A stretch of 64,000 nucleotides of DNA from Pseudomonadota bacterium (lineage in GTDB: Bacteria > Bdellovibrionota > Bdellovibrionia > Bdellovibrionales > Bdellovibrionaceae), in contig JBEGVH010000006.1 of assembly GCA_041178425.1 (NCBI GenBank), positions 64,001 to 128,000 on the forward strand. The letters run 5' to 3'. The position numbers were made by a program, and so were the translations under genes. How positions within the stretch are numbered: position 1 is the first letter of the stretch; the number at the start of each line of letters is the position of its first letter. Below the pieces are notes generated by a model, which was given only the letters and a program-made list of their open reading frames with translations, was not told the origin of the DNA and made no database searches. Below, in pieces: positions 1-8,628 of this stretch.

Positions 1-1
1 G

Positions 2-1948
2 AATCAGTCTTCGAACGATGGGCCATCCGAGCAAGTCACTCTCGAGGTCCAAAGGGCTTATGTTGAAGGTGTGGCACGAGGAAATAAAATTGTTTTTCTA
101 CGCGGTGAGGATTATCGACAGAGTGTTCAGTCGGATGCGATTCCGGTGAATTCTATTCTTGTTCTTGATGAGCTTCCACTGATTGAGGATTTGCCTCTTG
201 TCTCTGGCATACTGATAAATAAAAATCTTTCCCTCGAAGCGTCTCATGTACAATTTCTAGCAGAAAAGCTAGGGATTCCCTTGGTAACAGTTGAGTCTGT
301 CTTTGATCATCAAGCGTTGCGAACCCTGTCTAAAACATTTTCCCAATTTGAACTGAGTTGTCGTTCTCATCGTTGTGATCTAAAGGCCAGTAATGAGCCG
401 TTCACTCAAGGGAGTCGCCTCGAGTCTGTTTTACCTAAAAAAGCTGACCGATTTAGCCGTGATCTTTTCTCTATAAAAGATGAATTGACTTCGAGTCCGC
501 GCGAAATTTCTGGAGATAAGTATTTCAGTTTAATGCAGTTTAAAAAACAATTTAATGATTTGGTGCCCGAGATCACCTCTTTATCGAGCGGGTACTTTGA
601 GTCCTTTTTGGATAGAGCGCACTATGAGGGGGTTCTTCTGAGGGTTGTGCGGCGACAGGCTCTCAAAGGTATTGAGGAGGCCAATGCGAGAAACGACGAA
701 GACGCAATTAAGAATATTTTGGCGAATCTCCGCAACGCCTTTTTAAAAGCCGAACCAGTAAGATCGTGGTCGAGACCATTTTTTGAAGACACCACCCGTG
801 TTCTTAAAAAATTCTATCGAGGTTCGGATCGCAGTTCTTTCTCCTTCAGGAGCAACAATGACGTAGAAGATCTTCTCGCAACGGGTCTCTATAAGAGTAA
901 AGTGATTAGTGGTCTTCAGGCTCCCTTAGTCGAAGAGGCCTTGCGTTCTATCTGGGCTTCTCTCTATGACTACCGATCTTATGTCATCCGACGCTATTGG
1001 GGTCAACAGGAGCAAAATCTCTCAATGCCCATCATGGTGCATCCCTTCATCGAGGGAAGTAACTCTCATGCGGTGGGATCTTTTCGAATGAACGCTCATG
1101 AACAGTTAGAGTTCGACATTAATATGGTGCAGGGAAGGGGTGAACGCGCAACGAATCCATCAGACAAAGCGAAAACCTTCCATTTTAAGATAATCACCGA
1201 TGCGATAGGTGTGGCACAATGGGCTCAACCTAACAAAATCCAAATCGAAGGAATCTCGCAGGTTCAAGCTCAGGCACTCCTGACTTTTGTTTCGAGAGTT
1301 CAGAAGTTTGTGAAAGAAGAGTTCTTACATCGCGACTACGTCTTGTCTGCGGTGAATCTGGAGTTTGTCATCGAGTCAGGACGTTTTTTCTGGAATAAGC
1401 CCAAGATTTCTGTTCTTCAATACAAGCCAAGTCTTGCCAAAGAAGTCGCCTTGGGAGTCATTAGTGGAAGTATTCCCAGAGACCTTACTGAGAAGAACAA
1501 TCCTTCCGTTGATTCTCAAGAACTCAATAAAGAGCTGAGTAGACTTGGGGTTAAAAAAATGTCTGACTATGATCCCGCAACCCGTCAACACACTCGCTAT
1601 GCTTTGGTTATGAAAGACGGTGAGCCTTCGATCGTTTTTTGGGACAGCGGAGAATATCATCAACGTATGAAGGTCAAGCTCGAGCGATTGGGAATGAGAT
1701 GGATAAAGAGTGGGTATATTTTAAAGAGTAAAAAAAACGAATTGGCGCGTCTCGAATTTTCAGCGACGACCATTCGATATGGTGTTGATGTGGAAATGCC
1801 CCACGAGTCGTCGCAACGACTTTTTCAGGGAGCTCTCACAAGAACTCTCAACGAGGATTCCCTTCTCCGTGATTTTCTGATTGAATCGAAAGCCGAAGTT
1901 AGTTTTTTTACCTCTGAGGGAGAAGGCTCTGTCGAACTTGATCTCTAA
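2..1948 (+). CDS. PEP/pyruvate-binding (PPDK_N/ATP-grasp) domain protein with upstream phospho-His-like segment; 5' partial
   Basis: Frame is open from position 2, so the gene starts before the window. Motifs: ASHVQFLAEKLGIP (PEP-utiliser His-domain-like), FRSNNDVEDLLATGLYKS and ALRSIWASLY (PPDK_N-like). Confidence 0.7.
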   Translation, partial: NQSSNDGPSEQVTLEVQRAYVEGVARGNKIVFLRGEDYRQSVQSDAIPVNSILVLDELPLIEDLPLVSGILINKNLSLEASHVQFLAEKLGIPLVTVESVFDHQALRTLSKTFSQFELSCRSHRCDLKASNEPFTQGSRLESVLPKKADRFSRDLFSIKDELTSSPREISGDKYFSLMQFKKQFNDLVPEITSLSSGYFESFLDRAHYEGVLLRVVRRQALKGIEEANARNDEDAIKNILANLRNAFLKAEPVRSWSRPFFEDTTRVLKKFYRGSDRSSFSFRSNNDVEDLLATGLYKSKVISGLQAPLVEEALRSIWASLYDYRSYVIRRYWGQQEQNLSMPIMVHPFIEGSNSHAVGSFRMNAHEQLEFDINMVQGRGERATNPSDKAKTFHFKIITDAIGVAQWAQPNKIQIEGISQVQAQALLTFVSRVQKFVKEEFLHRDYVLSAVNLEFVIESGRFFWNKPKISVLQYKPSLAKEVALGVISGSIPRDLTEKNNPSVDSQELNKELSRLGVKKMSDYDPATRQHTRYALVMKDGEPSIVFWDSGEYHQRMKVKLERLGMRWIKSGYILKSKKNELARLEFSATTIRYGVDVEMPHESSQRLFQGALTRTLNEDSLLRDFLIESKAEVSFFTSEGEGSVELDL

Positions 1949-2055
1949 GATTGTCGTAAGAGCCGGGTGAGTGTTCTGGTCCTGTCTAAGAGTTCAACAC
2001 CAGAATGGGGCTCCATTCGTTATGGGGGGCCTGAGGTGTCTCTTTGTCTTAAGCC

Positions 2056-2082
2056 TAAAGTTTTACCGACGAACGCCGATAG
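2056..2082 (+). promoter_or_regulatory. sigma28 (FliA)-like promoter
   Basis: TAAA-N15-GCCGATAG upstream of the 79-aa ORF, near-consensus. Confidence 0.65.
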
Positions 2083-2151
2083 GAGGTGTGAGCCACGCCC
2101 ATCATCAAGTGTTGAGACGGATGTGCCTCAAAGAAAATTAAAGGGGAATTT

Positions 2152-2391
2152 ATGTCTAAAAAAGAACAAGTTCAAAAATCTTCCGAGCCCAAACAAACTT
2201 CAAATGTTGTATCAATCGTTGTTGATCGATGCAAGGCAGAGGGCTGTAAGAGCAAAGTGGCTCGTGCGGGATTTTGTGAGGAGCATTTTGTTTGGTTTAA
2301 AGAAGGTCTAGTCACTGCCGACGGACACATGGCTAAAGATTTTGAAAAGAAATATCAACACTTTATGAAAAAACATCGAAAAGTAAGTTAA
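2152..2391 (+). CDS. small basic protein with CX4CX9CX2H putative zinc-binding motif
   Basis: ATG preceded by AGGGGA; CKAEGCKSKVARAGFCEEH. Confidence 0.7.
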   Translation: MSKKEQVQKSSEPKQTSNVVSIVVDRCKAEGCKSKVARAGFCEEHFVWFKEGLVTADGHMAKDFEKKYQHFMKKHRKVS

Positions 2392-2440
2392 AAGATTGGT
2401 TGTACGTCACTTTTAACTCTGATCGGGCTTGGCATGCATC

Positions 2441-2515
2441 TTACCAAAAGAGGATCATGCCAAGTGTAAAGCCGATTAGAAATCCACGCGCTATATATTT
2501 GCTCCATTGGTTCAT
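2441..2515 (-). CDS. putative 24-aa single-TM peptide (MNQWSKYIARGFLIGFTLGMILFW), below the ORF-track cutoff
   Basis: Manual translation ATG(2515) to TAA(2441); hydrophobic C-terminal half; sigma28-like promoter directly upstream. Confidence 0.45.
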   Translation of the reverse strand: MNQWSKYIARGFLIGFTLGMILFW

Positions 2516-2523
2516 ATCTCTCT

Positions 2524-2550
2524 CTATCGGAATTTCTTTTTAAGTCTAAA
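2524..2550 (-). promoter_or_regulatory. sigma28-like promoter
   Basis: Minus strand TTTAG-N14-TCCGATAG ending 8 nt before the small-ORF ATG. Confidence 0.45.
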
Positions 2551-2704
2551 TTCAAAAAAACAGCTCGGACATTGAGAAAGCATGCCTCAATGTCGAAACC
2601 GCCTTTTGTCTCACATTGAAGCAGGTCATTGATAGCAAATTGAATCTTGGTTTTTCCCTACGAAAGGCCTTGAGTGGTCGATCTATTAAACCGAAAAGAA
2701 CAAC

Positions 2705-3265
2705 ATGACGAGTTTTCTGTCCCAGTATCACCAGCGCGCCCCAAGATACATTCTGCTCCCTCAGGATGAATGTCTTATTCGTGTGGCGGGTCCAAAACAA
2801 ACTCCGTGGGAAGAAGGTACCGAAATTCGTAATATTTCTAACTCTGGTTTATGTTTCACTGCTCCTAATATTTTACTTCCAAAGCTGGGCGAATTTGTTC
2901 GAGTTCAATTTGAAGTTCCAGGCTCCAAGCAAATGGCTTGCAATGGTCGAGTGGTGCGCATCGACAAATTAGGGGTCGACTCGTCTCTCGTCGGCCTAGA
3001 ATTTGAAACCTTAACATCTGCGCAGAGATGGAATCTGACTCGTGGACTTAAAAATAAAGTTAAGGATGAAAAAGAGTTAGTGATCGAGCACGGTCGCCGC
3101 GAAATAAGACAGGGCCTTTGGGGGAAAATATTTTACGCAGCTGCAGGGGTTAGTCTTTTTTTTGCAACTTTTTTATTAATTGCCGTCTTTAAAGTTTTAG
3201 TGAATCCAGACTGGTTCGAAAGCTTATACGTCCTAGCTAAATCATTTTTTGTTACAACCCAATAA
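2705..3265 (+). CDS. PilZ domain protein with C-terminal TM helix
   Basis: QRAPR (RxxxR) and NISNSG (D/NxSxxG) c-di-GMP motifs; hydrophobic C-terminus. Confidence 0.85.
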   Translation: MTSFLSQYHQRAPRYILLPQDECLIRVAGPKQTPWEEGTEIRNISNSGLCFTAPNILLPKLGEFVRVQFEVPGSKQMACNGRVVRIDKLGVDSSLVGLEFETLTSAQRWNLTRGLKNKVKDEKELVIEHGRREIRQGLWGKIFYAAAGVSLFFATFLLIAVFKVLVNPDWFESLYVLAKSFFVTTQ

Positions 3266-3291
3266 AAAAGCCCCTCGAAATTTGAGGGGCT
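3264..3291. terminator. intrinsic terminator between convergent genes
   Basis: A-run followed by AGCCCCTC-gaaattt-GAGGGGCT hairpin. Confidence 0.75.
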
Positions 3292-3321
3292 CGTGATTTT
3301 TTATCTGATGGAGTCGAATCA

Positions 3322-4533
3322 CTAAAAGGTAGGTTTTAAAGTTGAGTTGCTGAGATCAAGCGCGAAAGCGACCGCTAGTTTAGTAAAAGAAGCAGAGTGC
3401 TTGAAGTTGAGCTGTGGTGAAACGACGTCGTCGGCGGTGTGGATATTTTGGTTCATCGACTGAAACGTGGCTTCGAAAGGCATAATGGTCGGGTAGCCCT
3501 GCCGGTGCCATGAAGCATGATCACTGCATCCATAACCACACTGGTCTTCTCGCCATTGCGCCCCAATATAATGATCATTGAGTGCTCTTGCGTAACCACG
3601 AAGCCATGGGTTTGTGAAATCTGTCATATCGCCAACAATAAGTTCTCCTTCGCCCGGAAAAAGAGTCATGTCTAATTGTAACACTCCAACCACTTCAATT
3701 TTATTTTGACCATAGGTTTGGGCAATCTCGCTGGAGCCAACAAGGCCAATTTCTTCGCCTGCATACCAGAAAAAGTCGATAGAACGAGAGGGCTGCTCTT
3801 GAAGAGAAACAATTCTAAGTGCTTCAAGAAGGTTTGACGATCCGGACGCATTGTCATCGGCGCCTGGTGCGCGACCAAAACCCCAATTAGCAATACTATC
3901 AAGATGCCCGCCGAGGACGACCACTTCGTGTGGACGCTCTTTCCCTTGCAAACGCACATGGACTGATTTTTGTGGCGTTTTCGTGTGAGAGATAGTTTCT
4001 ACGACATAGGGGTATTTGAGCCCCTGGAGCATTTGGCGAGCCCGTTGTGCCAATTCTTCTACGGGTTGGTTGTTGTTTGGGCCTTTGTGATAACGGCTTG
4101 GAAACTGAGAGAGCCATTGTACGGTTGAACGTAAATTGTCTTCACTCACTTGGTGCACAGCTGATTCTATCGCGGCTTGCTTCGGAATGTGTGGTATTGT
4201 TTCCGATAAAAATTGAAAGGCTTGTGCCTGTGACTTTTGGAACCGCAGAAACTCAAAATTTTCATTGGCATCATAGGAATCGGGGAGTTGTTCGAAGCCA
4301 CCGCACTTTCCAAAGCGGTGAGCCGAATGAGAAAGAGTTGATGCCTGGTACTCAGAGACCTCCGCAACGGAGAGATGAAGTTCTTCATCGCTGGCCAGAG
4401 GGGTGATGCCCATGGCTTTTAAAAAAAGTGTATCCGCTAAAATTTTTGTTGGCTTGGCTGAGGCCGTTTCCATCAAAAAAAAGACGATGAGTGTAGATAA
4501 ACAAAACACCAAACCTTGGCGATTGAAAGACAT
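3322..4533 (-). CDS. secreted M28 family leucyl aminopeptidase
   Basis: Signal peptide; GGHLDS, APGADDNASG, GEEIGLVGS, QLDMT, CSDHASW, IHT zinc motifs. Confidence 0.92.
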   Translation of the reverse strand: MSFNRQGLVFCLSTLIVFFLMETASAKPTKILADTLFLKAMGITPLASDEELHLSVAEVSEYQASTLSHSAHRFGKCGGFEQLPDSYDANENFEFLRFQKSQAQAFQFLSETIPHIPKQAAIESAVHQVSEDNLRSTVQWLSQFPSRYHKGPNNNQPVEELAQRARQMLQGLKYPYVVETISHTKTPQKSVHVRLQGKERPHEVVVLGGHLDSIANWGFGRAPGADDNASGSSNLLEALRIVSLQEQPSRSIDFFWYAGEEIGLVGSSEIAQTYGQNKIEVVGVLQLDMTLFPGEGELIVGDMTDFTNPWLRGYARALNDHYIGAQWREDQCGYGCSDHASWHRQGYPTIMPFEATFQSMNQNIHTADDVVSPQLNFKHSASFTKLAVAFALDLSNSTLKPTF

Positions 4534-4640
4534 GATTCCCTCCCTAGTGCAATCAGACCATGGAGTGTCAGCAAATCATTTCAGACTGTCAACACTGCGT
4601 TGGGGAAGAGTGATGCTATTGGGCGTCAAATGAGGCTTGT

Positions 4641-5552
4641 TTAGGACGATGGAGGAAGGATCGAGGGTAGTTTCCATTGGTATTGAAGGTGAGCTTTTGA
4701 AAAACCGAGTTCGGAGCATTGGAGAGCGTGCCACTCAAAGGGAAGTGCATGAGCAGGGCCACCGTAGCTGACGTCACCCAAAAGGGGATTTTGTTCAAAC
4801 GAGAGTTGGGCGCGAATTTGATGGGTACGACCGGTGTGGAGTTGTAGCCGGTAATAATTGATGCCGCGGAGATGAGTCTGAAGCGATTGTTCTAGAGGCC
4901 ATCGTTCGCTACTCTGACTTTGAAGAATTTCAAGTTCACAAATTTTCCATTTTTCTACCGGTTCTCGGGAGAGAATTTTTGGAGCTCGAGCATGAGGGCG
5001 CATCCAATGGGTTTGGGAGCCAGGAGTTAGGAGAGGACCGAGGCTCAAGGCCTCATAAATTTTTGTTGTTTTACGTTCTTCGAGGGTTCGATTGAAGTCG
5101 GCTTGAAAGGTTTTGTTTTTGGCTAAAAGCATGAGGCCCGAAGTGCCGACATCAAGTCGGTGAGTAATAAAAAGCGGGCGCTGAAAGTAGGTAGAGAGTT
5201 CATAGAGAACATTTTCGATGCGGTTATCAAGACTGGGCTGCGAGGGTAAGCCTGCCGGTTTGTTGATCACAATAAAGTCATTTTCGTCGGCAACAATTCG
5301 GGGCGACCAATTGATCTCTCGCAAAAATCTCTTGGGCTCGGTGTGGCAACGAAGAATATCTCCGACATCGACAGAAATATTTTCGGTCACTCGCTCAAAG
5401 TTGCAGTAAATAGCACCAAGATGGATCAGATAATCAGCATCTGCCGAACTTAATTGCAAATGAGTTTGCAAGTAATCGCTTAAGTTTTGTGTTTTTCTCA
5501 CTCGAAAAAAACGAATTCGCTTCATTCTCAACCTCAGATTTTGATCTAGCAT
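4641..5552 (-). CDS. RluA/RluD family RNA pseudouridine synthase
   Basis: INKPAG, HRLDVGTSG, TGRTHQIR, LLGDVSYG. Confidence 0.92.
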   Translation of the reverse strand: MLDQNLRLRMKRIRFFRVRKTQNLSDYLQTHLQLSSADADYLIHLGAIYCNFERVTENISVDVGDILRCHTEPKRFLREINWSPRIVADENDFIVINKPAGLPSQPSLDNRIENVLYELSTYFQRPLFITHRLDVGTSGLMLLAKNKTFQADFNRTLEERKTTKIYEALSLGPLLTPGSQTHWMRPHARAPKILSREPVEKWKICELEILQSQSSERWPLEQSLQTHLRGINYYRLQLHTGRTHQIRAQLSFEQNPLLGDVSYGGPAHALPFEWHALQCSELGFSKAHLQYQWKLPSILPPSS

Positions 5553-5671
5553 GGGGCTCAGTGAGAATCAGGACCTAAGTGTTAAAAATGAAGAGATTAT
5601 GCGTGGTGTTGCTAGAAATGTATGTTTTCTTGAGGTTCCCAAAGTATCTTGTTACTAAGGCGATCTATTTT

Positions 5672-6340
5672 ATGAATATTGCAAATGAGACTGTTTTTAA
5701 ATGGTTAGTCCAATACGCTTATGAACCTGGAATTGTTTATACAATTGTTACCTTGATCATGTTTGCGAGCGCCTTTGGATTTCCCTTGCCAGAAGAAGTA
5801 ACTATTCTCAGTGTGGGCATTCTTGCCTACATGGCAGCCCATCCCTCTGTGTTTCCACCTCCCTACGAGGGAGCTCATGGCATTGAGGTCGCTGAAGCGG
5901 CTCTTGTTTGTTTTGTTGCAGTGATTATCAGTGATCTTGTCGTTTACGTTCTTGGTCGTCGCTATGGTCCCAAATTAATGAGATGGCGAATGATCGAGCG
6001 TTTGATCACACCTGACGCCCTAAAAAAAATTGAATCATGGACTGCTCGTTACGGAATGTGGGCTGCGGCTGTGTTTCGTTTTACACCAGGGCTTCGTTTT
6101 CCGGGTTTTTGGACCTGTGGAATGGCAGGGCTTTCTCCTTGGCGATTTTTGCTCGCTGATGGTGGAGCGGCACTGATCAGTGTGCCCACTCAGGTTTATC
6201 TGGTCGCCACTTACGGCGAAAGTATTTTTGGCTTTTTAAAACAAATGAAAGTGATTATCTTTTCTGGAATTGCCATCTTAGTGATGCTTTATTACATCCG
6301 CCGTTTTATGCAATTGCGACGACAAAAATCTTCCCGCTAG
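5672..6340 (+). CDS. DedA/SNARE-associated membrane protein
   Basis: GFPLPEE, SDLVVYVLGRRYG, RFTPGLR; start moved to ATG 5672. Confidence 0.9.
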   Translation: MNIANETVFKWLVQYAYEPGIVYTIVTLIMFASAFGFPLPEEVTILSVGILAYMAAHPSVFPPPYEGAHGIEVAEAALVCFVAVIISDLVVYVLGRRYGPKLMRWRMIERLITPDALKKIESWTARYGMWAAAVFRFTPGLRFPGFWTCGMAGLSPWRFLLADGGAALISVPTQVYLVATYGESIFGFLKQMKVIIFSGIAILVMLYYIRRFMQLRRQKSSR

Positions 6341-6344
6341 TCCG

Positions 6345-6489
6345 AAGATGCCTTTGTTAAAACATCGGCGTGATTTTTTCCGTGGAAACTCAAACAAGCG
6401 GTGCTCGCTTCGGAAACAAGTTTCCTTCAGCTGCGCTCCGAACTCGTTTTCCGAAAAAAATTACGCCGATGTTTTAACAAACGCATCTT
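6345..6489. repeat. 145-bp element with ~38-bp imperfect terminal inverted repeats (MITE/REPIN-like)
   Basis: AAGATGCCTTTGTTAAAACATCGGCGTGATTTTTTCCG matches the reverse complement of 6452-6489 at 35/38 positions; small internal hairpins. Confidence 0.75.
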
Positions 6490-6532
6490 TAGTGGCTGAA
6501 GGAAGACTTGATTCGTGCCAGGAACTCCTAAC

Positions 6533-6563
6533 TTGACATCCCCTCGGTAACTATCAGTATAGT
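6533..6563 (+). promoter_or_regulatory. sigma70-type promoter with 19-bp spacer (sodB)
   Basis: TTGACA-N19-TATAGT. Confidence 0.55.
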
Positions 6564-6620
6564 AGATGGGACAAAATGCGTCGTTTGTTCGGCGCTCAAT
6601 GCCTTTGCAAGGAGAACACA

Positions 6621-7214
6621 ATGGCTTTCGAACTTCCAAAACTTCCCTATGGTGATTCTGATCTTCAACCAGTGATTTCAGCGCAAACAATGAGCTTTCA
6701 CTACGGAAAGCATCACAAAGCGTATGTCGATAACTTGAATAAATTGGTTGAAGGCACGCCGATGGCTCAACAGAGCCTCGAGCAAATTATTATGGCAACG
6801 GCTGGACAAGCCGATAAAGCGGGTATTTTTAATAATGCCGCCCAGGTATGGAATCACACTTTTTACTGGAATTGTTTAAAACCAAAAGGTGGCGGTAAGC
6901 CTTCAGCCGCCTTACTCAGCAAGATTGAAGCTGATTTTGGAGATTTTGAAACATTTAAAAAAGAGCTTGTGAATGCTGCGCTTACTCAGTTTGGAAGCGG
7001 TTGGGCTTGGCTCGTGTCTGATGCGGGTAAATTAAAAATAGTTAAAACGGCAAATGCTGAAGTTCCTTTTACTAAAGGGCAAAAGTGTTTGTTGACGATC
7101 GATGTGTGGGAACATGCCTACTACCTTGATTTCCAAAATCGCCGCGCTGATTACGCTAACGCAGTTTTTGATCAGTTGATTAACTGGGAATTTGTTGAAA
7201 AAAACCTCGGCTAA
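6621..7214 (+). CDS. sodB: superoxide dismutase [Fe]
   Basis: [42 protein letters not shown]. Confidence 0.95.
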   Translation: MAFELPKLPYGDSDLQPVISAQTMSFHYGKHHKAYVDNLNKLVEGTPMAQQSLEQIIMATAGQADKAGIFNNAAQVWNHTFYWNCLKPKGGGKPSAALLSKIEADFGDFETFKKELVNAALTQFGSGWAWLVSDAGKLKIVKTANAEVPFTKGQKCLLTIDVWEHAYYLDFQNRRADYANAVFDQLINWEFVEKNLG

Positions 7215-7342
7215 AGTCTAAAAACAATTCATTTTAGAGTCTCACGATAGTGAGGAATTGCGTTGGCTGACGTCACCGTTGAAACTAGAAAAATATTTTC
7301 AACGGTGGCCAAGTCGTGCCACTTCTTCAATGAGGCAGTAAA

Positions 7343-8626
7343 ATGAAAATTCTTATCACAGGGGGAACAGGCCTTATCGGCAGAGCTTTGGCGAAAGAGC
7401 TTGTTCTTCGTGGTCATCAGATTGTGGTGCTCACTCGTAAAAACACAGTCGCTCGTAGTGAAAATCTGCTTCCCTTTCCACACGAAATTATCGAAGGTGA
7501 TTTAACTCTCAATCCCATTCCTGAGCTCGCTCAAAAAGGCATCGAAGCCATCGTCCATTTGCTCGGTGAGTCTTTGGGGCAGCGTTGGACCACTGAAGTT
7601 AAAACTAGAATTTATCGATCAAGAGTTGATTCAACTGAGAATTTAAAAAAATCATTCGGAGCCGCTTGGGACAATGTGAGAGTTTTTGTGGGTGCTTCGT
7701 CGATCGGATATTACGGAGATGCGGCCGACAAGGCCTTGAATGAAATGAGTCCAAGAGGCCGAGGCTTTTTGTCGGAACTCTGTGGTGATTGGGAAGCCGC
7801 GCAGTCGGAAATTCAACACATGAATGCCAATTTAAGATTGGTAACTCTGAGAATAGGACTAGTTTTGGCACGGGAGGGTGGCATTTTGCGACGACTATTG
7901 CCAACATTCCTAGCTCACTTGGGTGGCAATCTTGGTTCGGGTCAGCAGTGGCAGAGTTGGATACATGTTGATGACTTAGTGAGACTGGTGAGTACGGCGT
8001 TGGAAGATGATAGGTTTGTGGGTGTCTTCAATGCCGTTTCGCCTGAACCTGTTCGCAACAAGCGAGTCACTCTAGAATTAGAGCGAGTTCTTAATGTGGT
8101 GGCAATTACACCGCTACCGATGGCCCTTCTTGAAATGCTCTATGGCGAAACCAGTGACATCTTACTGATGTCTCAAAGAGTCTACCCCCACAAAGCCCAT
8201 TCCTTGGGGTTTTCATTTAAGTATAGCCTTCTAAAGATGGCTCTCCAAAATATTCTTGGTCATTATCGATCAGGCGAAAAGGAGTTGGTCAACGAACGGT
8301 ATTTTGCAGAATCGATCGATGCTGTGAAAGCGAAAGTGTTGGGACGAGAAGGTGTGGAGGCTTCACACCGTGACTATCAATTTCACATCGGTAAGGTGCG
8401 TTTGTTCTGTCGTGCTGTTCTCGAAGAAAATCCCAATAATGATCTCGTGATCGAGCGGCAAACCAAAGGGCCTTACAAAACGTGGTCTCGATCTGTGGAA
8501 TTTAGATCGATTGGTCATGGAGTGATAGTGAAGGAAACTATTCGCTTTGGGTTTAAGATGAGGTGGTTATCCAATCTGTTAGGGGCAAAAAAAATAGTCG
8601 AACAACACCTCCAGCAGTTAAACTAA
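7343..8626 (+). CDS. TIGR01777/DUF1731 NAD-dependent epimerase with probable C-terminal SRPBCC-like extension
   Basis: ITGGTGLIG, SRVDST, GSGQQWQSWIH; C-terminal QTKGPYKTW segment. Confidence 0.85.
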   Translation: MKILITGGTGLIGRALAKELVLRGHQIVVLTRKNTVARSENLLPFPHEIIEGDLTLNPIPELAQKGIEAIVHLLGESLGQRWTTEVKTRIYRSRVDSTENLKKSFGAAWDNVRVFVGASSIGYYGDAADKALNEMSPRGRGFLSELCGDWEAAQSEIQHMNANLRLVTLRIGLVLAREGGILRRLLPTFLAHLGGNLGSGQQWQSWIHVDDLVRLVSTALEDDRFVGVFNAVSPEPVRNKRVTLELERVLNVVAITPLPMALLEMLYGETSDILLMSQRVYPHKAHSLGFSFKYSLLKMALQNILGHYRSGEKELVNERYFAESIDAVKAKVLGREGVEASHRDYQFHIGKVRLFCRAVLEENPNNDLVIERQTKGPYKTWSRSVEFRSIGHGVIVKETIRFGFKMRWLSNLLGAKKIVEQHLQQLN

Positions 8627-8628
8627 AT

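Noticed and set aside
1967..2311. 114-aa ORF overlapping the 79-aa gene
   Set aside because: No RBS or motif; it spans the sigma28-like promoter of the better-supported ORF.
2568..2594. CIRCE-like 9-9-9 inverted repeat GACATTGAG/CTCAATGTC
   Set aside because: Geometry fits but the sequence is unlike TTAGCACTC and it is not near chaperone genes; unassigned.
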